A stretch of 63,067 nucleotides of DNA, the filler included, from Octopus bimaculoides (taxonomy: Eukaryota), in the NCBI RefSeq assembly GCF_001194135.2. It is 9 parts of 9 records of this genome, joined end to end, with 100 filler letters (N's around TTAATTAATTAA, not from the genome) between each part and the next. Parts side by side here need not be neighbours in the genome. Positions count along the whole stretch, not along the records: positions 22,730 to 37,237 come from NC_068984.1; positions 37,338 to 44,588 come from NC_068988.1; positions 44,689 to 51,553 come from NC_069009.1; 6 more parts are not named here. One strand, given 5' to 3'. Both the position numbers and the translations under genes were made by a program. Positions 37,020 to 49,505 of this stretch are shown here, piece after piece. The notes beneath the pieces were generated by a model. The model saw nothing but the letters and a program-made list of their open reading frames with translations. It did not search any database and was not told where the DNA came from. The stretch's first letter is position 1. The number at the start of each line of letters is the position of its first letter.

Positions 37020-37237
37020 ATCATGGACGGACGGTAGACACATCGGCTCCCATGTAAGTTGCATTTTTCACCTCTTAAAAGACCTATTTTGTTTTAAAAT
37101 TTTGTATAAGTTGTGTATAACACAAAATACTTCGTGAACATATATTTTTCAAATCGGAAATAGCTCTATTTAGAGCCTTATTTCCAAAAATTCAAACATA
37201 TCTTCCTCGTTCCTAGCCATATTCTTTAAAACGAATA

Positions 37238-37337
37238 NNNNNNNNNNNNNNNNNNNNNNNNNNNNNNNNNNNNNNNNNNNNTTAATTAATTAANNNNNNN
37301 NNNNNNNNNNNNNNNNNNNNNNNNNNNNNNNNNNNNN
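37238..37337. other. Artificial scaffold spacer
   Basis: N44-TTAATTAATTAA(37282-37293)-N44. Confidence 0.97.
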
Positions 37338-37452
37338 CAAGCCCTTCGGTATGAAAGCACCATTATCGGTGGAGAACTTATTTAAAAGTTCCAGCTGCTA
37401 TTTCTGAACTTCGGTATATGGTGAAGCAAATGCTTGCTGATCCTTTAATTAT

Positions 37453-37489
<37 letters not shown>

Positions 37490-37500
37490 CATATATATAC

Positions 37501-37540
<40 letters not shown>

Positions 37541-37748
37541 TATCATGCCTCATGAATTCTCTTTGACGTGGTTTGGGTTTTAACTGGCCTTTTTAGCATG
37601 TAAGGAGTCCTGTCAATGGTTTCCTTTTTGTGTATAAAAATATTTTATATACTTTTATATATATAGATATATATAGATATATATAAATACATTATATACA
37701 CTTATATAAATACATAAAATATAGGAATTAATTATCAACTACACATAC

Positions 37749-37885
37749 TCAATGTATGTGCTTTGGTTGTTTGCTGGTAGGTGGCACACTCCGGAATGGG
37801 ATGTGGGGCAAGTTGTCTAGCCTGTCCATTATGACTATCAGTTAGTTTAACACCTGAAGCTTTGAAGGGAGTCATCCTCAATGCA
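37749..37885 (-). CDS. Candidate 137-nt internal exon, unidentified gene
   Basis: Acceptor ttgcaatttag, donor TGA|gtatgt; only one open frame: ALRMTPFKASGVKLTDSHNGQARQLAPHPIPECATYQQTTKAHTL; lies in a CpG-poor segment. Confidence 0.5.
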
Positions 37886-38429
37886 CTAAATTGCAATTTA
37901 GTTGTAAACAAACATAGCACATACATTGAGTTTGTGTGGTCAATAACATTTACAACACTAGCGCGTCTTCTAATTCATATTTGAATTGCCTGTGTGTATA
38001 TATATGTGTGTGTGTGTATACACACACATACATAAACACACATTCATACACACACACATATGGATGTACATTTATGTGTGTGTGTGATGTGTATGTATAA
38101 TTAGTTGTATATAAATTTAGCTGTTAGTCTTCATTTTTAAAATAGAGAAGTGATCAGTGAACCTGGAACAATTCTTCATTCCTTCATGTATAATAAAATA
38201 TTTGGCAAAGCTGTGGAGGGTTAGATGTGAGGGTTTGTAACTGTTGAATCTATGACTCAGTCAGTGAGGCTAGGACAGGTTAGGCCAGGCAAACAGAGCA
38301 TCGGCTAGATCTATCCCCCTACCTTCTGTTATATCAGAGATGGTGGTGTTGGTTGAGAAAAGAAATAGAAAAGACTTATAAAACATAAATTTCAACATGG
38401 TAAGGAAAGCCCTGAGGGCCAGAAATGGA

Positions 38430-38820
38430 TGGTGGTAGTGGAGGTGGAGAAGTTATAGTGTTAGTGGTGGTGATGGTGGTTATGGTGTTAATGGTGGTGG
38501 TGATGGTGGTAGTTACAATATTTGTGGTGGTGGTAGTGGCAGTAGCTGTGGGGTGGTGGAGTTGGAGATGAGGTGGTGGAGTTGGAGATGGGGTGGGGGT
38601 GACAGTGTTAGTTACAATGGTGGTGACAGTGTGTCGGAGGTGGTAGTTGTAGTGGTGGTGGTGGTGGCGGAGGTAGTTGCAATAGTGGTAGTGGCTGTGG
38701 TGTTAGTGGTAGTGACATTGACAATAGTTGTTGTAATAGTTGTAAGAGTAGTGGTGGTGGTAGCAGCGTTAGTGTTGGTAGTACCAGTGGTAGTTGGAGA
38801 GGTGGCGGAGTTAGGGGAGA
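38430..38820. repeat. Degenerate (GGT/AGT)n low-complexity tract
   Basis: Direct. Confidence 0.85.
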
Positions 38821-39301
38821 TTATGTGGTGAGGACGGGTGAATATTTTGCTGATGATTCATCTGTAGCAATGGCTGTGACAATGCCTGAAGCTATTGCCT
38901 GGCACAGGGAAACCTCTTGTTGCATAAATAACATGCATGCACACACACACAAACATTTATACACACATGCATATACACACACAGGTATGTATACATACAT
39001 GCAAGCATACAAATATAGATGTATATATACAGACACTGATATACTCACTAACACATATATATATGCATACATTTTCAATGACGTATATATACAGACTTAG
39101 TTATACACATACATGAATGCATCTATCCAAACAGACCATACATATGTACTGATACATACACACTGACCTCACCACAATCACAGATTGGTGTGTGCACACA
39201 CTCACACACACACACTCACACACACACACAGTGTTTTTGTGCGTATATATGTGTGCGTGCATTTGTATCTCACGCATTGACAAAAACAGACATGGAAACA
39301 T

Positions 39302-39343
<42 letters not shown>

Positions 39344-39345
<2 letters not shown>

Positions 39346-39781
39346 TTCATTCTTTCACTTGTTTCAGTCATTTGACTGCAACCATGCTGGAGCGCTGACT
39401 TGAAGAGTTTTAGGCAAACAAACCAACCCCAGGGTTTATTTTTAAAACTTACCACTTATTCTATTGGTCTCTTTTGCCAAACTGCTAACTAATGGGGACA
39501 TAAACATACGAATACCAATTGACAAGCAGTGATGGGGGAACACACCCAGACACAAAGACCCTCCCCACTGCTAAATCCACAAGTTTCTTTTGTTCTCTCT
39601 CAATTTTTTATATTTATTCTCTCTCTGTTTATTTCCTCGCATTGTTGTTTATACACCTAAGCTTTGGTCAGCCCAAGGCTATATTAGAAGACATTTGTCT
39701 GAGGTATCACACAGTGAGATTGAACCTGGAACCAATGTGGTTGGGAAGCAAGCTTTTTACCACATAGCCACACCTGCACCT
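39344..39781 (-). mobile_element. SINE family B, full length, CpG-decayed
   Basis: Colinear with 29841-30209 with many CG>TG/CA changes. Confidence 0.85.
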
Positions 39782-40548
39782 ACATATATAAATTGACAGA
39801 CAGAAATATATTTAGATACATGTATACACACACACAATCAGAAATACACATCTATACATACACAGAAGTGCACACACACTCACACACAGACAGACATTTG
39901 CACTTACACAGATATGCAAAAAGTCCCTCAGACACATACACATCAACATAGATGCATACATACACATCTACATAAATACATACATACATACATACATACA
40001 TACATACATACATGCACACATGTATAGATACATACAAGAGTCCATTCAGGAATACATATCTCTAGACTGAAATGTACATAGACGATTGCAGTATTTATAA
40101 TTTTATGCCTATCTTTTGTCCTAAAGTGTAAATGTGTGTAACGATACATATGAGTGAGAAAGACAACTCTAAGGTAACACCTGCAACTATGTTTGCAGCC
40201 AATAATGTAGACTAGCGTTTCCTTTTGGGCAAATGCACACATAGTTCCGATAATGGCATTGGCTCTGTGCAAGGCCTTTCCTGTCATTAGAAAGCTTCAG
40301 GTACAGGCACTGCTTCATTTTCAGAATCTGTGTTGACATCTCTATTATACGAAGAGCTGAAATTAATGCATACAAAATTTCATACCTCTAGTATCACTCC
40401 TTCATTGTCAACCTGTGAACCTTTCAGCCCATCGTCATAAATTTCAGAAAAGTCTTGTATAATGTTGCTGTTCCACTTATAATGTAATGCATGAGTTAGC
40501 TGGTTGATTTTTTTTCTGAAAATCCAAGCTTATCTAAGCTTATCCAGG

Positions 40549-40598
<50 letters not shown>

Positions 40599-41463
40599 NN
40601 NNNNNNNNNNNNNNNNNNNNNNNNNNNNNNNNNNNNNNNNNNNNNNNNNNNNNNNNNNNNNNNNNNNNNNNNNNNNNNNNNNNNNNNNNNNNNNNNNNNN
40701 NNNNNNNNNNNNNNNNNNNNNNNNNNNNNNNNNNNNNNNNNNNNNNNNNNNNNNNNNNNNNNNNNNNNNNNNNNNNNNNNNNNNNNNNNNNNNNNNNNNN
40801 NNNNNNNNNNNNNNNNNNNNNNNNNNNNNNNNNNNNNNNNNNNNNNNNNNNNNNNNNNNNNNNNNNNNNNNNNNNNNNNNNNNNNNNNNNNNNNNNNNNN
40901 NNNNNNNNNNNNNNNNNNNNNNNNNNNNNNNNNNNNNNNNNNNNNNNNNNNNNNNNNNNNNNNNNNNNNNNNNNNNNNNNNNNNNNNNNNNNNNNNNNNN
41001 NNNNNNNNNNNNNNNNNNNNNNNNNNNNNNNNNNNNNNNNNNNNNNNNNNNNNNNNNNNNNNNNNNNNNNNNNNNNNNNNNNNNNNNNNNNNNNNNNNNN
41101 NNNNNNNNNNNNNNNNNNNNNNNNNNNNNNNNNNNNNNNNNNNNNNNNNNNNNNNNNNNNNNNNNNNNNNNNNNNNNNNNNNNNNNNNNNNNNNNNNNNN
41201 NNNNNNNNNNNNNNNNNNNNNNNNNNNNNNNNNNNNNNNNNNNNNNNNNNNNNNNNNNNNNNNNNNNNNNNNNNNNNNNNNNNNNNNNNNNNNNNNNNNN
41301 NNNNNNNNNNNNNNNNNNNNNNNNNNNNNNNNNNNNNNNNNNNNNNNTATATATATATATATATATATATATTGATAGGAAGGACAGCAAAAGAAAGAAA
41401 GAGACCTCGATATTATGTAAATAGAGGAATTTATCTGTAAAAATATGTGACACTTATTCAGTA

Positions 41464-41533
41464 GCCATGATAAAACTCTGAGTTTCTGATGCCGGGGTGG
41501 GAACCCATGCTGCCATCTCTTCAGTTATCTGGC
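41464..41533 (-). ncRNA. Type I hammerhead-ribozyme-like motif, putative PLE pseudo-LTR
   Basis: GCCAGATAA-CTGAAGA-GATG...CATC-A-GAAA-CTCAGAGT-T-TTATC(A)TGGC: helix I, both core segments, palindromic helix III; one extra A before GAAA. Confidence 0.65.
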
Positions 41534-42706
41534 CATTGAAAATTCCCATGAAAATGACCGTTAAACAAAGCGAAATTACTGTGTGGTTGACCGTCATTAA
41601 GACAAAAGAGCTAATAGACCGCTAAGTAAGGAGAGGGGGTAAAAGTAAGGGAGTAGAGAAGTCTATAGGTTAGCATAAGCACACCAATCCATACATTCGC
41701 GTATATTTATATACTAAACCACCCTTGCTTGAAACACACACATGCTCACCCACATACTCACCAAAAACTATACATATATGTACATATGCATATATATGCA
41801 CGCATACACACCCACACTCACACACACACAACAACCCCACACTCATACACACACGCAAAAAAAATATTTTATAGGGCTAAAAGCAAAAAACAGTGTGGGA
41901 AAGCTATAAGATTAAAACGCGCCTAAACTGCACCTATTTTCACATGCATGCACATATATCTATATACGCACGTACCCGCACACACTCACAAGCATGCACA
42001 TAGGGTTCCATGCACGTTTCTATAGACGCACTGGAAAAAACAGGGTGGAGGGGAGAAAACAAAAATATGTGTGGAAAAAATACAAAAAACATTAACTCTA
42101 TATTTATGTAAAAAATATAAAAAATAAAAAATACATAAAAACTATAAATTCCAAGCAAAACGTATAGAAGGGTAAAAAGCTTATCCATAGACACAATAGA
42201 GAAAGCAAATCCTATCAGTACAATCCTATCAGTAAAATTATTAAAAAAAATATAAGAAATCTAAGGAAGAAGTATAGAGAGATAAAAAGCTTATACATGG
42301 ACACAAAATAGAAAGCAAGTCATATCAGTAAACTCAGGGGGACCAAAAACGTAGCAAATATTTGGCCACATGTGGACATGATATGAAAAGTTCAGTCTTT
42401 GAACTTAGACATGTGGCGGGGTCTAAGCTGCCTTTCCAGATGAGCCATCTTTCCATATCACATAGACCACACCTTCTGCTGCTGCTGCTGGTGTAAGACT
42501 TACACTTGGCTAAAATCTTCCAATGGATGTTGTAACTGACACCTTTATCTTTTATAGACCATATATGACTGGATAATTTTGTCCTTTTTCTTTTGTCCCA
42601 GTACCTGAAACTCAAAGTGTGATTATTGAATCTGGCCTTGAAATTACCCTCCGTGAGTTCCATGTATTTCTTCGTGGAAACTGTGTCCTTAGTGGATACA
42701 GAGTCC
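41464..42706 (-). mobile_element. Penelope-like element 3' part (GIY-YIG plus putative pLTR); 5' part lost in gap
   Basis: ORF 42334-42663 (KKY)MELTEGNFKARFNNHTLSF...TKLSSHIWSIKDK...WKILAKCKSY...RRCGLC...SCPH; PLE-type GIY-YIG with C-terminal Cys/His. Confidence 0.85.
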
Positions 42707-43321
42707 NNNNNNNNNNNNNNNNNNNNNNNNNNNNNNNNNNNNNNNNNNNNNNNNNNNNNNNNNNNNNNNNNNNNNNNNNNNNNNNNNNNNNNNNNNNNNN
42801 NNNNNNNNNNNNNNNNNNNNNNNNNNNNNNNNNNNNNNNNNNNNNNNNNNNNNNNNNNNNNNNNNNNNNNNNNNNNNNNNNNNNNNNNNNNNNNNNNNNN
42901 NNNNNNNNNNNNNNNNNNNNNNNNNNNNNNNNNNNNNNNNNNNNNNNNNNNNNNNNNNNNNNNNNNNNNNNNNNNNNNNNNNNNNNNNNNNNNNNNNNNN
43001 NNNNNNNNNNNNNNNNNNNNNNNNNNNNNNNNNNNNNNNNNNNNNNNNNNNNNNNNNNNNNNNNNNNNNNNNNNNNNNNNNNNNNNNNNNNNNNNNNNNN
43101 NNNNNNNNNNNNNNNNNNNNNNNNNNNNNNNNNNNNNNNNNNNNNNNNNNNNNNNNNNNNNNNNNNNNNNNNNNNNNNNNNNNNNNNNNNNNNNNNNNNN
43201 NNNNNNNNNNNNNNNNNNNNNNNNNNNNNNNNNNNNNNNNNNNNNNNNNNNNNNNNNNNNNNNNNNNNNNNNNNNNNNNNNNNNNNNNNNNNNNNNNNNN
43301 NNNNNNNNNNNNNNNNNNNAT

Positions 43322-43465
43322 TCCCTTAGATGAGTGATGATTGACCCAGAGCTATTTTAGAAGACATTGACTAAGGTGACACTCAGTGGGTGTGGGTGTG
43401 AACCCAAAACCATGTAGCTATGAAGCAAAATTTTTAAACACACAACCATGCTAGCACCAATATAA
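43322..43465 (-). mobile_element. SINE family B head fragment, degenerate
   Basis: gaagacattgactaaggtgacactcagtggg...gaacccaaaaccatgt. Confidence 0.65.
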
Positions 43466-43587
43466 ATGTGGGCATGTGAAAACATATCTTATAATGAAAA
43501 GGTCAATTGTGTTTACTGTCTCAGCACACACAACCACACCCATCCTCCAACTCTTCCCTTATACATAGATATTCATATATATATATA

Positions 43588-44554
43588 TTGGGTCATCCCA
43601 TAAATAATGCAGTTTTTTCATACTTCTTTTATTTTTCAAAATTAAGTTAAACAAAGTTCTGTTTTAATTGAAAATGTACTCTCCTTCATTTTCTACAATG
43701 CTCTTCCATCTATCTGGTAGACTTGCAAAGCTCCTCTTCCAAAATTCACTTGTCCATGATGAAAAATATTCTTCCAGTACTGTTCTAACTTCGTCCGCAG
43801 AATTTATATTTTTGCTGTCCAAATGATTTTGAAAACTGTGGAATAAATGATAATCAGATGGAGCAATGTCCAGCACATATGGTGGGTGGGGCAGCGTTTC
43901 CCATTCAGACTGCTCCAGCCTTTGAAACGTCATCCTCACCATATGTGGCCAAGCATTACCCTGATGGAAGAACACCTTTCGCCTTGAAACCAAAGGTGGT
44001 CATTTTTCTTTTAGCACTGACGTAAGCTGCTCAAGCTGCTGACAGTAGATCTCCTTTGTTATTGTTTGGTTTGGGCTTAAAAGTTCAAAGTGCACTAAAT
44101 CTTTCATATCCCACCAAACAGATAACAACACCTTATGTGGGTGAGAACCTTCTTTAGCCTAGGGTACCAGTATTTCTCCTTTCCCTACCCACAGTCTTTG
44201 GCACTTGACATTTTTATAGAGAACCCATTTCTTGCCACCAGTCACTATCCAGTCTCAAATAGGTTCATCTGTGAGATGTGACAGCAAAGAGGAGCACACA
44301 TTCACTCCTTGAATGCAATTACACTTGGAAATTTTGTGAGGAACCCATTGACCCAATTTGCTGACATTTTCACCAATAGCATACGGGTGTCAATGGATGG
44401 CTGACTGACCAAATCCAAGCTTCTCTGCTAGTTCCTCAACAGTTACAATAGGATTTTGTTCCACCAGGGTTTGCAGGACGTGCTCGTCGAACTCTACAGA
44501 TCTTCCAAGACGAGGCTTTCATGCAATTGAAAACCGCATTATTTATGGGATGAC

Positions 44555-44558
<4 letters not shown>
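43588..44558 (-). mobile_element. mariner (DD34D) element, internally deleted, in a (TA)n site
   Basis: 29-bp TIRs TTGGGTCATCCCATAAATAATGC(A/G)GTTTT with 1 mismatch; WVPHKI, IVTGGKKW, HQGNAWPH...HPPYVLDIAPSDYHLF with 34-aa spacing. Confidence 0.93.
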
Positions 44559-44588
<30 letters not shown>

Positions 44589-44688
44589 NNNNNNNNNNNN
44601 NNNNNNNNNNNNNNNNNNNNNNNNNNNNNNNNTTAATTAATTAANNNNNNNNNNNNNNNNNNNNNNNNNNNNNNNNNNNNNNNNNNNN
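44589..44688. other. Artificial scaffold spacer
   Basis: N44-TTAATTAATTAA(44633-44644)-N44. Confidence 0.97.
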
Positions 44689-44694
44689 ATATAC

Positions 44695-44726
<32 letters not shown>

Positions 44727-44758
44727 ATATGTATGTATGTGTGTGTGCGTGTGTGTGT

Positions 44759-44802
<44 letters not shown>

Positions 44803-46659
44803 CTGTGTGTCATGTGAGTTGTACTTGATGCCTGTGCTGTGATATCAGACGTTTTAGAAAATATTGTTTGGTATGTTCTTAGCGTACGAAACTATTAGTA
44901 GCATATGTATACAAATTTATATATTTCTTTTAATTTTAGTTAATACGTTTCAATCATGCACCTCCGGTCACGCTGAAAGGCCACTGTAATATTGCAACGT
45001 TACTCGTGATATATGCTGTTCATGGAACAAGTGATAGTCAAGCGAACAAGGTGTAACAACACTCTGGATTTCTGCTTCACAAATGATATAGATCTTATCC
45101 ATAATATGAAGGTAACGCCAACAAATTGTTGAACTAACAATATATAATCCTAAATGAAACTGCTGGAATCTACTCTATCAGGAGAACTCAAGCGATATCC
45201 AACTTGAATTTCAATAAAACAAGATGGAAATCAGTCCGCAAAGAAACCCACAGATAACACATTCTACCGATGCAAGACGTTTGGTCCAACGTTCTATCTA
45301 TGTAAGACATTGACTTGAAACTTAGTTTATGTCTCTAGTGCATACTATATGCACTACGTATGCTCCAGAAAGAAAGTTCAGCATACCGATAGACAAGATT
45401 CCAAGGACAGAATAATCGAAATGAGACGCAGATCAAAGGTCTCGTATTGGTTGAGTAGGTAACTGAAGTATAGAGAAAAGTCTACTTTAATAATAGCTCT
45501 CCTGGAAATCGAAATCGAAAGCAAACTCAAACTCTCTAAAGAAAGGTAAAGAGCAGAGAGAGAGAGAGAGAGAGAGAGAGAAGGAGAGAAAGAAAGAGAA
45601 GAGAGAGAGAGAGAAAGGAAGGAGAGAGATAAAGAGAGCGAGAAAAAAAGAAAGAGAGAGAGCTGTGGAAAGCATAAAAACAAACCCTAAAGCTTTCTGT
45701 AAGTTCAGAANNNNNNNNNNNNNNNNNNNNNNNNNNNNNNNNNNNNNNNNNNNNNNNNNNNNNNNNNNNNNNNNNNNNNNNNNNNNNNNNNNNNNNNNNN
45801 NNNNNNNNNNNNNNNNNNNNNNNNNNNNNNNNNNNNNNNNNNNNNNNNNNNNNNNNNNNNNNNNNNNNNNNNNNNNNNNNNNNNNNNNNNNNNNNNNNNN
45901 NNNNNNNNNNNNNNNNNNNNNNNNNNNNNNNNNNNNNNNNNNNNNNNNNNNNNNNNNNNNNNNNNNNNNNNNNNNNNNNNNNNNNNNNNNNNNNNNNNNN
46001 NNNNNNNNNNNNNNNNNNNNNNNNNNNNNNNNNNNNNNNNNNNNNNNNNNNNNNNNNNNNNNNNNNNNNNNNNNNNNNNNNNNNNNNNNNNNNNNNNNNN
46101 NNNNNNNNNNNNNNNNNNNNNNNNNNNNNNNNNNNNNNNNNNNNNNNNNNNNNNNNNNNNNNNNNNNNNNNNNNNNNNNNNNNNNNNNNNNNNNNNNNNN
46201 NNNNNNNNNNNNNNNNNNNNNNNNNNNNNNNNNNNNNNNNNNNNNNNNNNNNNNNNNNNNNNNNNNNNNNNNNNNNNNNNNNNNNNNNNNNNNNNNNNNN
46301 NNNNNNNNNNNNNNNNNNNNNNNNNNNNNNNNNNNNNNNNNNNNNNNNNNNNNNNNNNNNNNNNNNNNNNNNNNNNNNNNNNNNNNNNNNNNNNNNNNNN
46401 NNNNNNNNNNNNNNNNNNNNNNNNNNNNNNNNNNNNNNNNNNNNNNNNNNNNNNNNNNNNNNNNNNNNNNNNNNNNNNNNNNNNNNNNNNNNNNNNNNNN
46501 NNNNNNNNNNNNNNNNNNNNNNNNNNNNNNNNNNNNNNNNNNNNNNNNNNNNNNNNNNNNNNNNNNNNNNNNNNNNNNNNNNNNTCAGTGAACAGGTCGC
46601 GGTCTCAAAGCGACGAAAATATTTTGACAAATTAAATTTAAATGTTGAAGTGAATCTAA

Positions 46660-47830
46660 CGGATTTTGTGTGTTATTTTAAATGGCTTATAAACACCTTC
46701 CACACTGCAATTGTTTTCGTTCCAGCACACGATCTCAGATCAAGTCACTTGCTATGCAAGTACATCTCCGTAAAAAGTTTAAGTTATTTTTTTTTTAAAT
46801 TAAGACAAACTGTGTGCAATACTTTCTTAAAATTTTACAGAGGGTTTTCATTTCGATATTCCTGAACAAGCTTCTTCAGTCGTGTATCAATAATTTGATA
46901 GATCTTTTGTTGTTGTTAAGTCTCCACATCGAATGTGTGCAATTCTTGTCTAGCTTAACCCTTCTTCAGCTTTAAGGGCAATGCATAGTTTCCACAAATT
47001 TGGATGTGTGGATGTTAGTGATGAGCGCAAAGCATTGTGGAACTCTTCTAAAGAATTATTTGATTTTGACAAGTCCTTTAAGACGCGATCACGTATATTC
47101 CAGAGTTGTAGAGGAAATTTGGGGTTTCTCATTGCAGACGAAGATTGCGCTCCGTCACAATCCTAATGTATGTGATCTCAAGATAGGTGATAAGTACAGA
47201 TGGGATGTCTTTGTCGTTTGACAAATTTTCAAATACATTGACAACGTCTTCAATTGGCAAAAATGCTAAAACACATATCTTCCACCTACAAGACTGTCTG
47301 AGATGAAAACCAAACCCAACTGTTTCTGAATACGGAAATAGAGAAACAAATGCATTATGGAGAGCTTTCTCAAAGTTCATAAAACAGGTCACAGAGCGAC
47401 AATTTGGTCTTAAATCATGCACAGAAGACAGAAGACAATGATATGAGGCTTCTTTTTTGTCGGGAAGTAAGGCAAATAATCGGGGCACACACGAACTTCC
47501 CGTGATGGTATGTAGTGTCACTAACCGACTTCACAAACTATGAGATACCTTGAAAGTTAAATCCCAGGACCAATTCTTAGAGCTTTCTAGATCAGCCAAG
47601 TCTTTATCCGGGGAAAAAACTAAAATTCTGTCTGGGTCATCAATGCCACTGTCAAAGACCAAGAGCAAGGACACATGCTCTAAATACTTAACTGTATCAG
47701 GAATTTCAAACCCCCAATATCAAGGTGGAAGTGCTGGAATCCCTAAAGCACGCTGCCTCCAGTTACGTATGTTACGTGAAAGTCTAGAAATGGTTTGCAA
47801 CTGTGACTTTGTTTCCTCATCGATATTCTA
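46660..47830 (-). mobile_element. Mutator/MULE transposase relic
   Basis: FDSGIDDPDRILVF...W..D.TFK; LHTITG...FALLPDKK...NFEKALHNAF..LFP...GFHLRQ; WNIRDRV...SNNSLEEFH...HPNLW. Confidence 0.85.
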
Positions 47831-47861
47831 ACTTGCTGAAAATCACAAAACAACATGGATC

Positions 47862-49505
47862 ACCCAGGATCCGAGTACTGGCAGCTGATTGACTATGTCA
47901 TCACACGTTGCTGGACCGACCATCGCTTTTGAATTCGTCCTCTTATCCGTAAGCAAAGGCTGAAGCAGAAGCTAAATGCTGGAACCCTACAATCGCGTGA
48001 AGCCCGCCAGGAACTGGCAGCAACACTGGAACAAAAGTTTGCCGAACTCCCTGATACCGAGACTGGACCAACTGATGGACAACCTCTGACGTCAGAGTGG
48101 GACATACTAGCAACCACTATCGCTAACGCTGTCAAAGATATACTTGGTGTTCTGAATAGACGTCATCAGGACTTGTTTGATGACAACTCGACGGAGATCC
48201 ACTCACTCCTACGTGAAACGAATGCTGCACGCAACAGATATCTCCGTCAACTAACAGCAGCCAACGGCAGACATTGGGAACGCTTCCGCCCTGAGGTCCA
48301 GCGAAAACTTAGAACCATACAGAATAACTGGTGGAAGACAAAAGCACAAGAAATACAAAGCTATGCTGACACAAACGACATCCAAGCTTTCTACGAATCC
48401 ATGAAGACTGCATACGGTCCAATTAGAGGATCGTTATGCCCCGTATGGAACTATGATTCAACATCACTTATCAAGGACCGAGATGGCATTCTGTCACGAT
48501 GGACTGAGCACTTCGACACCCTTCTCAACCGTAGAAACCCCATAGGATGTTCTTTTCTTGACAACATCACATCTCTTTACTACCGCCCATCGATTGCCTA
48601 CATGATACACCAACCTTTGGAGAAATTGAATTTCAGATAAATGGCCTCAAGTTGAACATTGTATCCGGCATTAACCATCTACCAGCTAAGGTTTTGAGGT
48701 ATGGCAGCCGGTCCCTGAAGACCTGCATCAATGCTTTCATCTTCAGAGCATGGGACTTCCCACTGCGTGCACCAACATGTTTACCATATACAAAACAAAG
48801 GTGACAGAGCATTCTGTGGAAATAGCCAGGTATCTCCTTGCTTTTGGCTAGTGGTAAGGTCCTTGCTTGAATTCTGAGGCATGTTGCCGATGTTGTACGG
48901 CCTGAAACCCAATGTGGTTTCCGAAGCACCCGCTCGACTGTTGACATGATCTTTGTCGCACATCTTCTCCAGGAGAAATTCCGCGAGCAAAAGCACACCC
49001 TTTACATGGCTTTATAGACTTACCCAAGGCCTTTGACACCATTGACCGGGTTGTTTTGCGGGAAATCCTGACAAACTTCGGCTGCCCACCAAATTTTCTT
49101 GCCATTCTAAAGGACTTCCACAACGGAGTGATAGCCAGAGTCGTCTGACTTCTTCCCGGTCCAAGTCGGTGTCAACAAAGGATGCGTAATTACCCCGGTA
49201 CTCTTCAATTTCTACATGGCAAACATAGCTCTCCACGCCAGGCATTCATTCAAGCTCAAAGATGCAATAACTATCAGGTACCGGTCGAATGGCAGTATTT
49301 TCAGTCTTAGGCGCCTGGAATCTGTAACAGGGATGTCCTCTCAACACATCTTCGAGATGCAATATGCAGGTGACAGGACTTTGTCACCCATAGTTCTGTT
49401 GGCCTTCAAAGGCTCTTGGACCACATGTCAGATGCATACAGCTATGCTGGCCTAGTCATCAATACCAAGAAGACAGAAATCCTCAAACAGCCTTGTGCCC
49501 CCGAC
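47862..49505 (+). mobile_element. RTE-clade LINE fragment (end of APE through RT), frameshifted
   Basis: WQLIDYVITR, RRHQDLFDDN..EI, WTEHFDTLLN, QCGFRSTRSTVDMIF, FIDLPKAFDTIDR, GVNKGCVITPVLFN, QYAGD, GLVINTKKTE. Confidence 0.9.

Noticed and set aside
40271-40420. Plus-strand ...SESVLTSLLYEE as the GET4 C-terminus; other exon-like frames at 40200-40480
   Set aside because: Similarity is only a few residues, several mutually exclusive frames look equally plausible, and phases do not join
45665-45710. ESIKTNPKAFCKF as a LINE ORF2 fragment
   Set aside because: Only ~15 codons before a gap; suggestive but too short
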